DNA of 64,000 bases from Nemertoderma westbladi (Eukaryota; Animalia; Xenacoelomorpha): assembly GCA_032718475.1 (NCBI GenBank), contig JAUCBJ010005505.1:1-64000 (forward strand), in the 5' to 3' direction. Below the pieces are notes generated by a model. The model made no database searches. It saw only the letters and a list, made by a program, of their open reading frames with translations, and was not told the origin of the DNA. Shown in pieces: positions 28,101-37,173 of the stretch (its first letter is position 1; each line of letters starts with the position of its first letter). The position numbers and the translations under genes are program-made.

Positions 28101-31100
28101 CCGAAGGAAGGAAATAGAAAAACATCGTAAACGGAGAAAAATACGTTGGATGAGGAAGATGTATGAGGAGGGGTGAGTTTATTTCACGCAGTGAGTTTAT
28201 TTCACGCAGGGAGTTTATTTCACGCAGGGCGGCAGTTTATTTCTCGCAGTGAGTTTATTTAATTAGTTTTAATTAGTTTAATTAATTTAGTTTATATAAT
28301 ATAAATATATAAATAAACACTTTAATATTATTTGTAGATTTTTACAAGCAAAAACCGGCACGACATCTGAACAAAGGCAGTTAATAGACGAGACTACGAG
28401 AGGACTGATAGATGTTGCAGAGAACTTGGGCGAGGACACAATCGACGATTGGGAAGTCAATGAGTTGCTGAAATGGACAGACGGACTGAACTACGAGGAC
28501 TACGCAGCCAGTTGGTCGCATACGGGAACTACGGAATGCAGCGCGGACAATGTTACCACCAAAAAACCATTTATTCAATATCATAACGACCCGTTCGAGT
28601 TCACTATAAAACGATCCGATGAGACAGTGCAAGAGGAATAAGTGAATAATTAATAATGAACAATTTACACTGGTTGTTACTTTATAATACTGTTTTTGGA
28701 ATGGTTTTTTTTCGCAACGGATATACCGCTGAACCAAGATTGGAGGGAGTTATGGATTGATTAACACTCTGAATAATATAACAAAGAAATGAAATGAAAA
28801 TGAAATTATCCGGCCACCATTTTTTTTCTGTTGTTGTTAAATAATTACTGATCTTGCTATAGTGCTGATGGTCCTGATTGATATATACAATAGTACTTAT
28901 ATGTTATACCGCGTTAACTAAGATTATTTAATGAGTATGATGTGAAACATACCTCATGTTGCTCATGAATCTCCAGTTGTTTACTTTTTAACAGATTTTC
29001 TAAGGATTCTATCTTTGCTTCAGCTTCTCCAAGAAGATGTTTAGTGTCTTCCAGTTCTTCATCATCAATTCCTAAACGAAAGCGCAATTAAATTTAAAAA
29101 TTACTAATTAAATTAATTAATTAATTCAATTGACCGGGGCTTTCAGTTTACACCCGTCGCCTTCGAGAATTTTGCTCGCCCCGGTCCAGCCACCGCCTCT
29201 TTCCTAATGGAGCTTGGTAAGCGACTCCACGCAACCACGCAACCGACTCCACGCATCGGTTCCTTCCTTATTGCCATCTTAATCGGCAATACTGCCTCGA
29301 TCCTAGAAGACAGTGCCCCCTCTTAACTCGTTTTTTAACTCATTTCACCAGACAATTTTTTTTACTAGTATTTAATTATATTTGACATTTTTAATAATAA
29401 TTTAAAATTAATTGAAAATAATTTATTGATTTAATTTCTGTTATACCATATTAAATTTATTTACTAGAATTTAGAAAATAAGAAACGTTTTAAAATAAAA
29501 AAAAATTAAAAATATGTCTTTTTTCATTATTTATAACTAATGTGAGTTTTAGGAGTATGGGGGAGGGTAGATAAAAGTCACCCACCACCATTCGTAAATT
29601 ACTATATGAATTCAATTAATTAATATTTATTTATTAAAGTAACTAAATCCATGAATGTTATTACTGGAAGAAAGCGCCAGCCAATAACCAGGGTAACAGA
29701 GGAATCTCCAACTGATCACATGGCTAGTTGGAAGGATCACTTCGAGAAACTAGTGCCGAGCTCCTGAGGAATTCAAGATCCGAGAAGTTTATTAACAATT
29801 CATCCCACTCACCGAGACTAGGACTTCGCGACGATTGCACCACATAAAAGGAGGACTAACAAGCTGCAGGTTGCCTTCCCAGAGAAAGAAAACCTAAGAG
29901 TTATCGTGGTATCAGTCGAAATCCATCAGCTAAGTTATTTCTGATGTCAGTTTTTATGTTTGATGGTCGCGATCAACCATACACTGTACCACTTCATCCC
30001 TGTTCTTAAGTCAGGTTTCCGCCGTTTGAGAAAAGTCATTGGCTATCCACCGCTCCTATTTTCACGAGCAGGCTGCCACAGCACAAGGTTGTGTATAGCT
30101 TGATCGCGGAGGCGGAAACAGTTTCCAGCAAGCTTCAGACTGCGGCACAGCAGGGTGATGCTGGGTCTTGGCAATGAGATGTTGCTATCGTTGGATAACA
30201 CCGCATTGGTTATGTGTGTATCATAGGTAATGTTATGCACTCTGCGCAGTATCCTGGTATATAAACCATTCAGAGACTTGATGTCGTCAGCAGTTAGAAC
30301 CCAGCATGTGCTGTCATAGGGCATTCCACGTTAAAATGTGGCCTACATTAGATATAATAAAATAAATAAATATTAGGACATTCGATTACTACAGGAGATG
30401 GTGTGTTACATTAAAACATGTTTAAAAATACATTATCTTTTATAATGATCAAAAAGGTTACAAATTATATTTTAATTTTAAGAAATCAATTAAGATGGTT
30501 TTCAAAAAGTACTAGTAGCCCAATTTATCAGGGCAGTTCTGATGAAATAAAACGAACACACGTCGTGATTGAATGCATAACATTACCTTGAATCGAAATA
30601 AAACGAACACATGTCGTGATTGAATGCATAACATTACCTTGAATCGAAATAAAACGAACACATGTCGTGATTGAATGCATAACATTACCTTGAATCGAAA
30701 TAAAACGAACACACGTCGTGATTGAATGCATAACATTACCTTGAATCGAAATAAAACGAACACACGTCGTGATTGAATGCATAACATTACCTTGTATCGT
30801 AATAATTTCAGTCGAATCACCTAGTATATTGCGTATTACCTTTATTAAGTAGAATGTCCATGAGTTTATTAATAGACTCATCTCTCGCTTCCAGGGTTTG
30901 ACGCTGACACTGAAGCTGCTGATCCATTTCCTCGATGGTTTTCCGATAGAGATGTAGTTGTCGTGATTGGTTGTCAGTGGGAACCAGATCCGGTGTGACT
31001 GCGCCGCCCGAATTCTGTAAACCCTTTAATGTCTAAATAAACATAAAATAATATAGTAAAATAATCTTTATTAAAAAAATAGGAATATTATGAACGCTGT

Positions 31101-34100
31101 TAATTAGAGAAGGATTGATACCCTAATGGAACACAACCAAAATATGATGGAAATAAACGAAAGTGAAGAAAAATCGAACCTCTGTGTGTATCTACATCAG
31201 CTCGTCTGTACAGGAGCATTCGATAATGTAAAGTATGGCAGTCTGCTTACCAAACTCTCAGAAGTAGTAATGCTTCCATCTATCTGTCTAACACTTACAT
31301 TATTTTACAGTATTGGGGCCAAAAAAAGTTCAAAAATATGATAGAAACAATCCATCCTATCTCCTGGCCTGGGTTATTCACCCTTTATATTAAGGAGCTC
31401 ACGGACAAACTTAAAACCTCAAAATAGAAAGGCCTTGAAGCATCAAAATTGTACAAACCTATGTTCCTAAACATTAACGGTCAACTGATAACGTTTTAAC
31501 GTTTCTGGGACACACTTTCCATCGGCAGTAGTTCCAGTACTCCTCTATGGGAGTCCATGCTGGGCTCTAACTGCTGAGGACACCAAATCTCTGGATGGCA
31601 CATTCACAAGAATGCTACGCCGGGTTCATTGTGTCAAGTACAATGCACACATCTCCAACCAGACACTATATAACATTGGAGGTGTCTCATTGGTTCCCCC
31701 AAGCTTGACACTAGAACAGAATCGCCTCCGCTTTGCAGGACATTGCTTTCGCCGAGAGGACCAGCCAGTGCATAATCGTGTACTTTGGCAGCCTCATGGA
31801 ATGAATAAGCATGGTGGACAGCCCATGACTTTCTTGAGACGCATCTTAAAGGACACTGGCCTTGAAAATGCGGATGATCTAGCAAATGTCATGGGTGATA
31901 GGGAGTTGTGGCGGTGCAATTTTGTCGATAAGCCGGCACAGCATTCTTAAAAATGCAGCTGCAATGCAGCATGCCGATCCTAGTAGTAGTCACAAGAACC
32001 GCAATTATACTTGACACCTTTATGAACTGATTCAATATGTCTGTTTGGATATCTTTTGTCAGTAAATTGTTTGTCACAATAAACGCAATTATACTTGACA
32101 CCTTTATGAAGGGTGCATGTAAAGAGCGGACTGCGGATTGTCAATTAAAAGCCCAAATATGCGCGGTCAATTTGAATTATAGCATTATAATGTAAGAATC
32201 CGCTCTTTGTTGACTAGACAAACGGCGGACTGAAGCCAGAAAATTGTAACCTGATTGGCTCAATCATTATGTTGCGTTGTTGGGTCCACCGGCACTGTGT
32301 ACAGCTGACCGCGAGATCTGGGGGGCGCTATGTTGTTGGGTCCGCCGGCACTGTGTACAGCTGACCGTGAGATCTGGGGGGCGCTATGTTGCGTTGTTGG
32401 GTCCGCCGGTACTGTGTACAGCTGACCGCGAGATCTGGGGACACTATGTTGCGTTGTTGGGTCCGCCGGCACTGTGTACAGGTCACCGCGAGATCTGGGG
32501 ACACTATGTTGCGTTGTTGGGTCCGCCGGCACTGTGTACAGCTGACCGCGAGATCTGGGGACACTATGTTGCGTTGTTGGGTCCGCCGGCACTGTGTACA
32601 GCTGACCGCGAGATCTGGGGACACTATGTTGCGTTGTTGGGTCCGCCGGCACTGTGTACGGCTGACCGCGAGATCTGGGGACACTATGTTGCGTTGTTGG
32701 GTCCGCCGGCACGTGTACGGCTGACCGTGAGATCTGGGGACATTATGTTGCGTTGTTGGGTCCGCCGGCACTGTGTACGGCTGACCGTGAGATCTGGGGG
32801 GCGCTATGTTGCGTTGCTGGGTCCGCCGGCACTGTGTACGGCTGACCGTGAGATCTCGGGGGCGCTATGTTGCTGGGTCCGCCGGCACTGTGTACAGCTG
32901 ACCGCGAGATCTGGGGACACTATGTTGTTGGGTCCGCCGGCACTGTGTACAGCTGACCGCGAGATCTGGGGACACTATGTTGCGTTGTTGGGTCCGCCGG
33001 CACTGTGTACGGCTGATCGTGAGATCTGGGGACACTATGTTGTGTTGTATAGGTCCGCCGGCAATGTGTACAGCTGACCGCGAGATCTGGGGACACTATG
33101 TTGCGTTGTTGGGTCCGCCGGCACTGTGTACGGCTGACCGTGAGATCTGGGGACACTATGTTGCGTTGTTGGGACCGCCGGCACTGTGTACGGCTGACCG
33201 TGAGATCTGGGGACACTATGTTGCGTTGTTGGGTCCGTCGGCACTGTGTACAGCTGACCGTGAGATCTCGGGGGCGCTATGTTGCTGGGTCCGCCGGCAC
33301 TGTGTACGGCTGACCGTGAGATCTGGGGACACTATGTTGTTGGGTCCGCCGGCACTGTGTACAGCTGACCGCGAGATCTGGGGACACTATGTTGCGTTGT
33401 TGGGTCCGCCGGCACTGTGTACGGCTGACCGTGAGATCTGGGGACACTATGTTGATGGGTCCGCCGGCACTGTGTACAGCTGACCGCGAGATCTGGGGAC
33501 ACTATGTTGCGTTGTTGGGTCCGCCGGCTCTGTGTACAGCTGACCGTGAGATCTCGGGGGCGCTATGTTGCTGGGTCCGCCGGCACTGTGTACAGCTGAC
33601 CGCGAGATCTGGGGACACTATGTTGTTGGGTCCGCCGGCACTGTGTACAGCTGACCGTGAGATCTGGGGACACTATGTTGCGTTGTTGGGTCCGCCGGCA
33701 CTGTGTACGGCTGACCGTGAGATCTGGGGGGCGCTTTGTTGCTGGGTCCGCCGGCACTGTGTACAGCTGACCGCGAGATCTGGGGCTACTATGTTGCGTT
33801 GTTGGGTCCGCCGGCACTGTGTACAGCTGACCGCGAGATCTGGGGACACTATGTTGTTGGGTCCGCCGGCACTGTGTACAGCTGACCGTGAGATCTGGGG
33901 ACACTATGTTGCGTTGTTGGGTCCGCCGGCACTGTGTGCGGCTGACCGTGAGATCTGGGGGGCGCTTTGTTGCTGGGTCCGCCGGCACTGTGTACAGCTG
34001 ACCGCGAGATCTGGGGCTACTATGTTGCGTTGTTGGGTCCGCCGGCACTGTGTACAGCTGACCGCGAGATCTGGGGGGCGCTATGTTGTTGGGTCCGCCG

Positions 34101-34840
34101 GCACTGTGTACAGCTGACCGTGAGATCTGGGGGGCGCTATGTTGCGTTGTTGGGTCCGCCGGCACTGTGTACGGCTGACCGTGAGATCTGGGGGGCGCTA
34201 TGTTGCGTTGCTGGGTCCGCCGGCACTGTGTACGGCTGACCGTGAGATCTGGGGACATTATGTTGCTGGGTCCGCCGGCACTGTGTACAGCTGACCGTGA
34301 GATCTCGGGGGCGCTATGTTGCTGGGTCCACCGGTAGGGGGCGCTATGTTGCTGGGTCCGCCGGCACTGTGTACGGCTGACAGTGAGATCTCGGGGGCGC
34401 TTGTTACTGGGTCCGCCGGCACCTTACCTTAGTGCACGCCAGTCACATAATAACCATCATCACTCCCGCGTCACAAATGCGGCATGGCATTCGTAATGCG
34501 GATGCAGTACAACGTGCCGTGCCGATTATAGATATAGACAGTTTCCAAGGAGGCATAGTGAGAGTAATTATTATTGATCAATGATTAAGGAAGACAATAT
34601 ACTTTCAGCTTCGATTTGTTTACCTGTAGGACTACAGATGGCTTGTGTTACCTAATTTGCTTGACTTGCCTGGTCTAGTAATGATCTCTCACGATCTTTT
34701 GCTTGGTGCAGTTTAACATCTAATTCTTTTCTTAATTGTCTTTCCTTCTTCAATTCCGGGCTCCAGAAAGATTTAATGCTGGCAGTTACAGAATGCAATT
34801 TGTTGGATTTCAGCTGTAGATCTGCTTTCAAATGTATAAC
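7083..34840 (-). CDS. ERC1: ERC/ELKS/CAST (Bruchpilot-family) coiled-coil active-zone scaffold, partial; 9 exons found
   Basis: Exons 34670-34840, 30840-31032, 28953-29071, 23345-23392, 10537-10740, 9910-10066, 8072-8151, 7314-7442 and 7083-7124 join in one frame with matching phases. Peptides collinear with ERC1: SIKSFWSPELKKER, RKTIEEM..QRQTLEARDESINKLMDIL, YKSHAQFLKTKIDRVKLDLSRKDSEL. First and last exons not located; small exons may be missed. Confidence 0.92.
7314..7442 (-). CDS. ERC1: ERC exon (EIEITELIEERDR...LHTDLVEKE)
   Basis: tgtag acceptor, GAG/gtaagt donor, 129 nt, phase 0-0. Confidence 0.88.
8072..8151 (-). CDS. ERC1: ERC exon (LEKQILFYEQ...SLAEK)
   Basis: ttctttcag acceptor, AAG/gtgatg donor, 80 nt, phase 1-0. 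Confidence 0.82.
8285..8925 (-). mobile_element. RTE-clade LINE 3' fragment (family A), internally deleted
   Basis: KVDDFQYVGSWI...KTKFFRATVESVFLYGGETW and (TAG)n tail; homologous to 52930-53628. Confidence 0.9.
9190..9345 (-). mobile_element. tRNA-derived SINE head
   Basis: Minus strand has an A-box-like TAGTGGTTAA and B box GGTTCAATCCC; no full cloverleaf. Confidence 0.5.
9910..10066 (-). CDS. ERC1: ERC exon (IAHLRLKLSERN...LKELRDVIELRDGRIT)
   Basis: Poly-T ag acceptor, G/gtaaag donor, 157 nt, phase 0-1. Confidence 0.88.
10537..10740 (-). CDS. ERC1: ERC exon (LYKSHAQFLKTK...VSSLQDD)
   Basis: tttcag acceptor, gtgagt donor, 204 nt, phase 0-0. Confidence 0.92.
11205..11395 (-). mobile_element. 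RTE LINE 3' fragment (family B)
   Basis: LRFVRHCFRREDQPVHNLVLWRPHG motif. Confidence 0.85.
12355..12627 (+). CDS. Small single-pass membrane protein (90 aa), KCNE/MinK-like topology
   Basis: ACAATG start; three N-terminal N-glycosylation sequons (NSS, NNS, NSS); one hydrophobic span VLFYIVVVILFYLGGLSILTVICF; no signal peptide; charged tail. Confidence 0.65.
   Translation: MIIPEIHINSSTGNNSNSSRTEDLLESDSDLDVLFYIVVVILFYLGGLSILTVICFKEDAEIDKGFVNYYDAQLRDKGELSGLNNITITE
13526..15238 (-). CDS. SLC36/AAAP-family (proton-coupled amino-acid transporter-like) protein, paralogue A, intronless CDS
   Basis: 570 aa with about 11 TM spans; ANVFKAFIGTNYLSMPFGF, FFG....SYEGIGTVIPIE, FTYPLQLYP, GALASTSLAFILP motifs. 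Confidence 0.93.
   Translation of the reverse strand: MDEYGSISYNSRTRKFAPRGNSRLSVAVKNCTDFANVFKAFIGTNYLSMPFGFYQAGLVNGSVMLLIVSIVAVHCCQLIVKCKREAVRIAVYGEGNYSNEISDSSSPSDIKEKLNRVERNISYGNIGAIAIGKWGSHLVNVNVFISQMGFCIGYFIFIGNQLASLLQIRFSNTTSASSITSTSLNSTNETAFPFYTTYNVDASTPLIPMTTNSVNVSVSSNQFLMCLIPLPIFILTSIIRNIRGMGPVSFVANLCLVSGFMVVLGLILNDIIFVNELSFATDLEFFNWATFPMFFGMVASSYEGIGTVIPIETSMEGNRHRFPKFLFATTFIITSMFASCGILGYLDNGIHVQQIILQNLDIESSVVKVVICLLIIAVIFTYPLQLYPCIEILERALFTPGTIFGPSLMEIDACESSNSDESMKCDVESLIGSSESLIHSGCRDEHNQLLHSCSTLRSSNRSLLCTFAVPIPQTVSTWKRNLCRFVLVFVTLLVAILFFDDFAYFTAFSGALASTSLAFILPGLFHLRLMKGRLSWFIIVKDIFLIVFGFVGGGVSLYVVINLLFDKHNM
16090..16500 (+). mobile_element. RTE LINE 3' fragment (family B)
   Basis: Reverse complement of 17060-17460, including the TGCAGCTGCAATGCAGCATGCCG 3' end. 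Confidence 0.85.
17050..19030 (-). mobile_element. RTE LINE (family B), decayed RT region, between the two transporter genes
   Basis: PFPKKGNL, NQNGFRKGRG, TDLDFAYD, VDDFCYLGSW, RLRFSGH motifs across broken frames; (TAG)n end near 17051. Confidence 0.9.
19677..21416 (-). CDS. SLC36/AAAP-family amino-acid transporter, paralogue B, intronless CDS
   Basis: Same motifs as paralogue A. First ATG is at 21416 (the track's TTG start is unlikely); in-frame TAA TAA lies just upstream. Confidence 0.93.
   Translation of the reverse strand: MEENGISSYLSESNDFRPRRRVRVSAFTKNATDFANVFKAFIGTNYLSTPFGFYQAGLVNGSVMLLIVSIVAVHCCQLIVKCKREAVRIAVYGEGNYSNEISDSSSPSDIKEKLNRVERNISYGNIGAIAIGKWGSHLVNVNLFISQMGFCIGYFIFIGNQLASLFPFEKKTNDTTPRLNNLLDSYSVLHNMNTTPFFNAAGNTTTPISPVFSSAMPTLDPTVYTPSAPNHLILCLMPLPIFLLTSIIRNIRGMGPVSFVANLCLVSGFAVVLGLILNDIIFVKGISHIEVPVLFNWTSFPVFFGMVSSAYEGIGTVIPIETSMEGNRHRFPLFLFATTFIISVILASCGILGYLDYGNHVEQIVLQNLDMDSFIVKVIVCLLVVAVIFTYPLQLFPCIEILERGIFTPGKICGPLLTEVDAPNGTSTNGVGSTETHDVDFLVGSSSLPASDSEERPLLPATDLVASHKQSSFHSEMSVPIPESVSAMKRNVCRWFLVLVTLGVAILFFDDFAYFTAISGALASTSLAFILPGLFHLRLMKGRLSWFIIAKDIFLIVFGFVGGTVSLYVVITSLINKHT
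21703..21883. mobile_element. Tourist/PIF-Harbinger-like MITE
   Basis: Imperfect TIRs AGCCCCGTTTTAGA / TCTAAAATGGAGCT, flanked by TTA at 21700-21702 and 21884-21886. Confidence 0.7.
22115..22206 (-). mobile_element. Short RTE family B fragment
   Basis: IRKGRAWAALNRLSRIWKSPRINRKLKVR, nearly identical to 17560-17648. Confidence 0.85.
23345..23392 (-). CDS. ERC1: Probable ERC small exon (RISAAETNIENNVSTQ)
   Basis: Strong ttttctttgcttttcag acceptor and CAG/gtgagt donor, 48 nt, phase 0-0; weak protein similarity. Confidence 0.65.
24862..25125 (+). mobile_element. Near full-length tRNA-derived CORE-type SINE
   Basis: A box (GTCCGAGTGG), B box GGTTCGAATCC, CORE-like GTTGTGTCCCTAGGAAAGACACTT...AAATGGGAAC, LINE-derived tail AAAGCGCTTTGAG...AAAAGCGCTATATAAAT and (TAT)n. 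Confidence 0.8.
25202..25267. repeat. 15-bp tandem repeat, about 4.4 copies
   Basis: Unit CCGTGTAAATCAACA. Confidence 0.9.
25985..28641 (+). CDS. C11orf65: C11orf65/MFI homologue (IQ-like motif protein), 4 exons, 370 aa
   Basis: Exons 25985-26330, 27041-27266, 27936-28172 and 28338-28641 have GT-AG borders and matching phases (1,2,2). Motifs VQKAWRR, LRCINPSEA, RFRLGGIKFPPNIYYKI, GWYRRWENNGWR, WEVNELLKWTDGLNYEDY. Confidence 0.9.
27605..27690 (+). mobile_element. tRNA-derived SINE head in C11orf65 intron 2
   Basis: TAGCTCAGTG A box and GGTTCGAGCCC B box, with spacing too long and no proper stems for a tRNA. Confidence 0.5.
28953..29071 (-). CDS. ERC1: ERC exon (IDDEELEDTKHLLGEAEAKIESLENLL...)
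   Basis: gtttag acceptor, GAG/gtatgt donor, 119 nt, phase 1-0. Confidence 0.88.
29145..29315 (+). mobile_element. 3' remnant of a restriction-like-endonuclease non-LTR element (CRE/NeSL-like)
   Basis: Translates as FTPVAFENFARPGPATASFLMELGKRL...IAILIGNTASILE, like the C-terminus of such elements. Confidence 0.55.
29990..30325 (-). mobile_element. RTE LINE 3' fragment (third, more diverged family)
   Basis: SLNGLYTRILRRVHNI...LKLAGNCFR...LVLWQP. Confidence 0.8.
30543..30797. repeat. 51-bp tandem repeat, about 5 copies
   Basis: Unit GAAATAAAACGAACACACGTCGTGATTGAATGCATAACATTACCTTGAATC. Confidence 0.95.
30840..31032 (-). CDS. ERC1: ERC exon (TLKGLQ...RKTIEEMDQQLQCQRQTLEARDESINKLMDILLNK)
   Basis: ttatttag acceptor, G/gtaata donor, 193 nt, phase 0-1; strong ERC similarity. 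Confidence 0.92.
31523..31990 (+). mobile_element. RTE LINE 3' fragment (family B)
   Basis: RLRFAGHCFRREDQPVH; ends in TAGTAGTAG. Confidence 0.9.
32111..32268 (+). mobile_element. Solo terminal inverted repeat of the MULE family seen at 37174-38818
   Basis: GGGTGCATGTAAAGAGCGGACT...GGCTCAATCATT matches the reverse complement of 38640-38818. Confidence 0.85.
32268..34422. repeat. GC-rich 60/55-bp satellite, roughly 37 copies, inside an ERC intron
   Basis: Unit CTATGTTGCGTTGTTGGGTCCGCCGGCACTGTGTACAGCTGACCGCGAGATCTGGGGACA with a 5-bp indel variant. Confidence 0.97.
34670..34840 (-). CDS. ERC1: ERC exon with FWSPELKKER hallmark; GC donor
   Basis: ttattttag acceptor; VIHLKADLQLKSNKLHSVTASIKSFWSPELKKERQLRKE...LLDQ; CAG/gcaagt donor. 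Confidence 0.92.
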
Positions 34841-35318
34841 CTAAAATAAGCAATAAAAGAGTATTCATTAAAATTGTTTTGGAAAAAAAGAAATGACATT
34901 GTATCTGAATCAATAATTATAAAACTTCGTATCATAAAATACATATTGTTTTGCTTTTATCAGGGGGTTGGTTTTCACCACACATTTTAGTCCGGTCGGT
35001 TGAAATAGGTGAAAAAGCCGAACCCGGAAAAAATTATGGCCACGGAAAATATTTGCACACCATCGATAGAGGGGACATGGCAGATCAAAATATACAAAAT
35101 CATCAATAATACGCACATGGGAAAAAAAGTTGTAAACCGGTTTCATAGCCATGAAAAGTATAAGTTACAATGTAAAAAATTATAAATTCTCTGAGAGTGA
35201 ATTTATCTCAGAAACGACTAAATTAATATTAATAATTTTTTAAAGATTATTGCAGTTGCCTTAGCAACCGTCGCTATGGGCCGTGTTTTGAGAACACGCC
35301 ATAACAACTGATGGTTTA

Positions 35319-35493
35319 CTGCTGGTAAGGGCATGGAATCATCACTTATTACACCAACCCAATTTACTATTGAGGATAATACTGTAACAACATTATACTG
35401 TATTTCTGCTGGTAAGGGCATGGAATCATCACTTATTACACCAACCCAATTTACTATTGAGGATAATACTGTAACAACATTATACTGTATTTC
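35319..35493. repeat. 87-bp perfect tandem duplication
   Basis: CTGCTGGTAAGGGCATGG...ACTGTATTT twice. Confidence 0.95.
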
Positions 35494-35809
35494 AAGTCAA
35501 ATTAAGCATTGCAACCGTTGCTAAGGTTGTATTCTTTGGAGAAATCCCAAAGCAACGATTTAACCACATTCCTCTAAATGATCTAAAAATTCCTCTAAAC
35601 CATCTTCCCATTTTATAGCGGATAGAATTTTGGGTAGTTCTAATGAAATCCATTGTCAAAGGGTGAAAAGGAAAGACACGAGTGGGGCCTTCCCTTGGTG
35701 CAGCAAAACTGCAAGCCACCACAGCGATATGGCTGCTCGCAGCAATCCACAGTACTAAGTACAGGACTACAGTAGGCCTACTAAGCCCAGATAGAGGACA
35801 CAAAGAACA

Positions 35810-36583
35810 GCGATGTCTATATGCATAAATGTTTATCGACTTCAGGAAGGCCTTCGACCTTGTGAGCCAGTCTAACTTATTATTTCGTATCTACAAAGAA
35901 TTTGGCATTAAAGGAAAACTGTTCAATCTAACAAAAAGTCTTCTAAGAAATTCTGTTAAAATATTTGATGGTGTAACATACTCCAAACTGATAATTAAAC
36001 TTTGTGGAATTCTCCAGGGGGTCGATCTACAAAGGGCTCTCGATGTTATAAATATTTTGGTGCCTAAACAATGAATGGTATGCAACTCCACATGAAGAAG
36101 ACTAAGATTATCAAGTTCCAAATAAAGGCGGCCGGCCGGTTGGCTCTGAGTGATCAATTCACGTATGCGGGAGAAAGTGTACAGTTTTGTAATAGTTACG
36201 AATATCTTGGAATTATCCTCCAGCCTTCTATTTGCTTCTCTAAGCACACATTGATAAAACGAAAAGAGCATGCAACAACTTTGCAACTTGTCTCTATATC
36301 AACTGGGTTAAAGATATTCATCATGAAGATCAGACCTACTGTAACTTATGCTTTTACAGAAATCGCCATTTTCTTTACATTGCACAATCTCAAAGAAATT
36401 GATAGAATTATATCCGCTTTTTTAAAACGATTACTGAGACTCCACAGATCTTCCTCGACTGCTCTGGCACATAAACTGGTTGGTTGTCATACTTTCATTG
36501 AAGAACTTGCTGCTGAATCTCCGGAAATGTTCAGTAGCGAAATCCTGGCTAACTACCGCTGTTCGCGCTTTTTAGACCTTTAA
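35810..36583 (+). mobile_element. Decayed non-LTR retrotransposon RT fragment (non-RTE clade)
   Basis: FIDFRKAFDLV, GILQG, HMKKTKIIKF, YEYLGIIL; YADD region deleted and frames broken. Confidence 0.85.
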
Positions 36584-37173
36584 CAGTTTAACCTGCTAAT
36601 TTATGTGTCTTACTGTATAATGTCTGACAGCCCGTACAAAATATGACCACAGCCGAAGTCAGTCTAGTGCGGCGTATGACCCACCGTGTGTGGGAGACTG
36701 AATTCTATGGCAGAGAGAGAGGTAGGCAACTTTGTATTATTCGATTAAGCTCTACTATATTATCTCCCCAATGTACTGTATGTTTGAATGTTGTAAAAGT
36801 ATGTTTATTTTCAGGGCAATACCAACAGTTCTTCTAGATGTTGCGCTTTAAATACCACACAGAGTTATGACTTATACTAATTACAACGGATGGTCATGAG
36901 ATAACGCAAATGTTTACATTCTTTAGGAATTTATTATTAATCGTTCACACTCACGTAACTGACAATGGTACTGAAATACGCTAATTTGCCGACTGTCACC
37001 TGACTGGCAGTCAGACGTCAGCAACCAAGTTATGAGAGATACTTGTTACGAGAGTTTGATATGGAAGTGGAAAGTTAATAGATTTGCGTTCTATGATTCT
37101 CTCTGGCCGCTGATGGTTCTGGGCGAAGTCAGAAAGTCAGAATGAAGGATTCTGTCGCATTGCGACATTTACA

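Noticed and set aside
30512-30881. Two repetitive minus-strand ORFs
   Set aside because: Products of the 51-bp tandem repeat; only 30840-31032 is coding, in the ERC frame.
32260-34258. Many overlapping ORFs, and possible CRISPR array or hammerhead satellite
   Set aside because: Head-to-tail satellite with no unique spacers, no cas genes, and no CUGANGA...GAAA core.
36949-37020. Possible upstream ERC exon ending at a GTGAGT donor
   Set aside because: Stop within 22 codons in the required phase and no ERC-like sequence.
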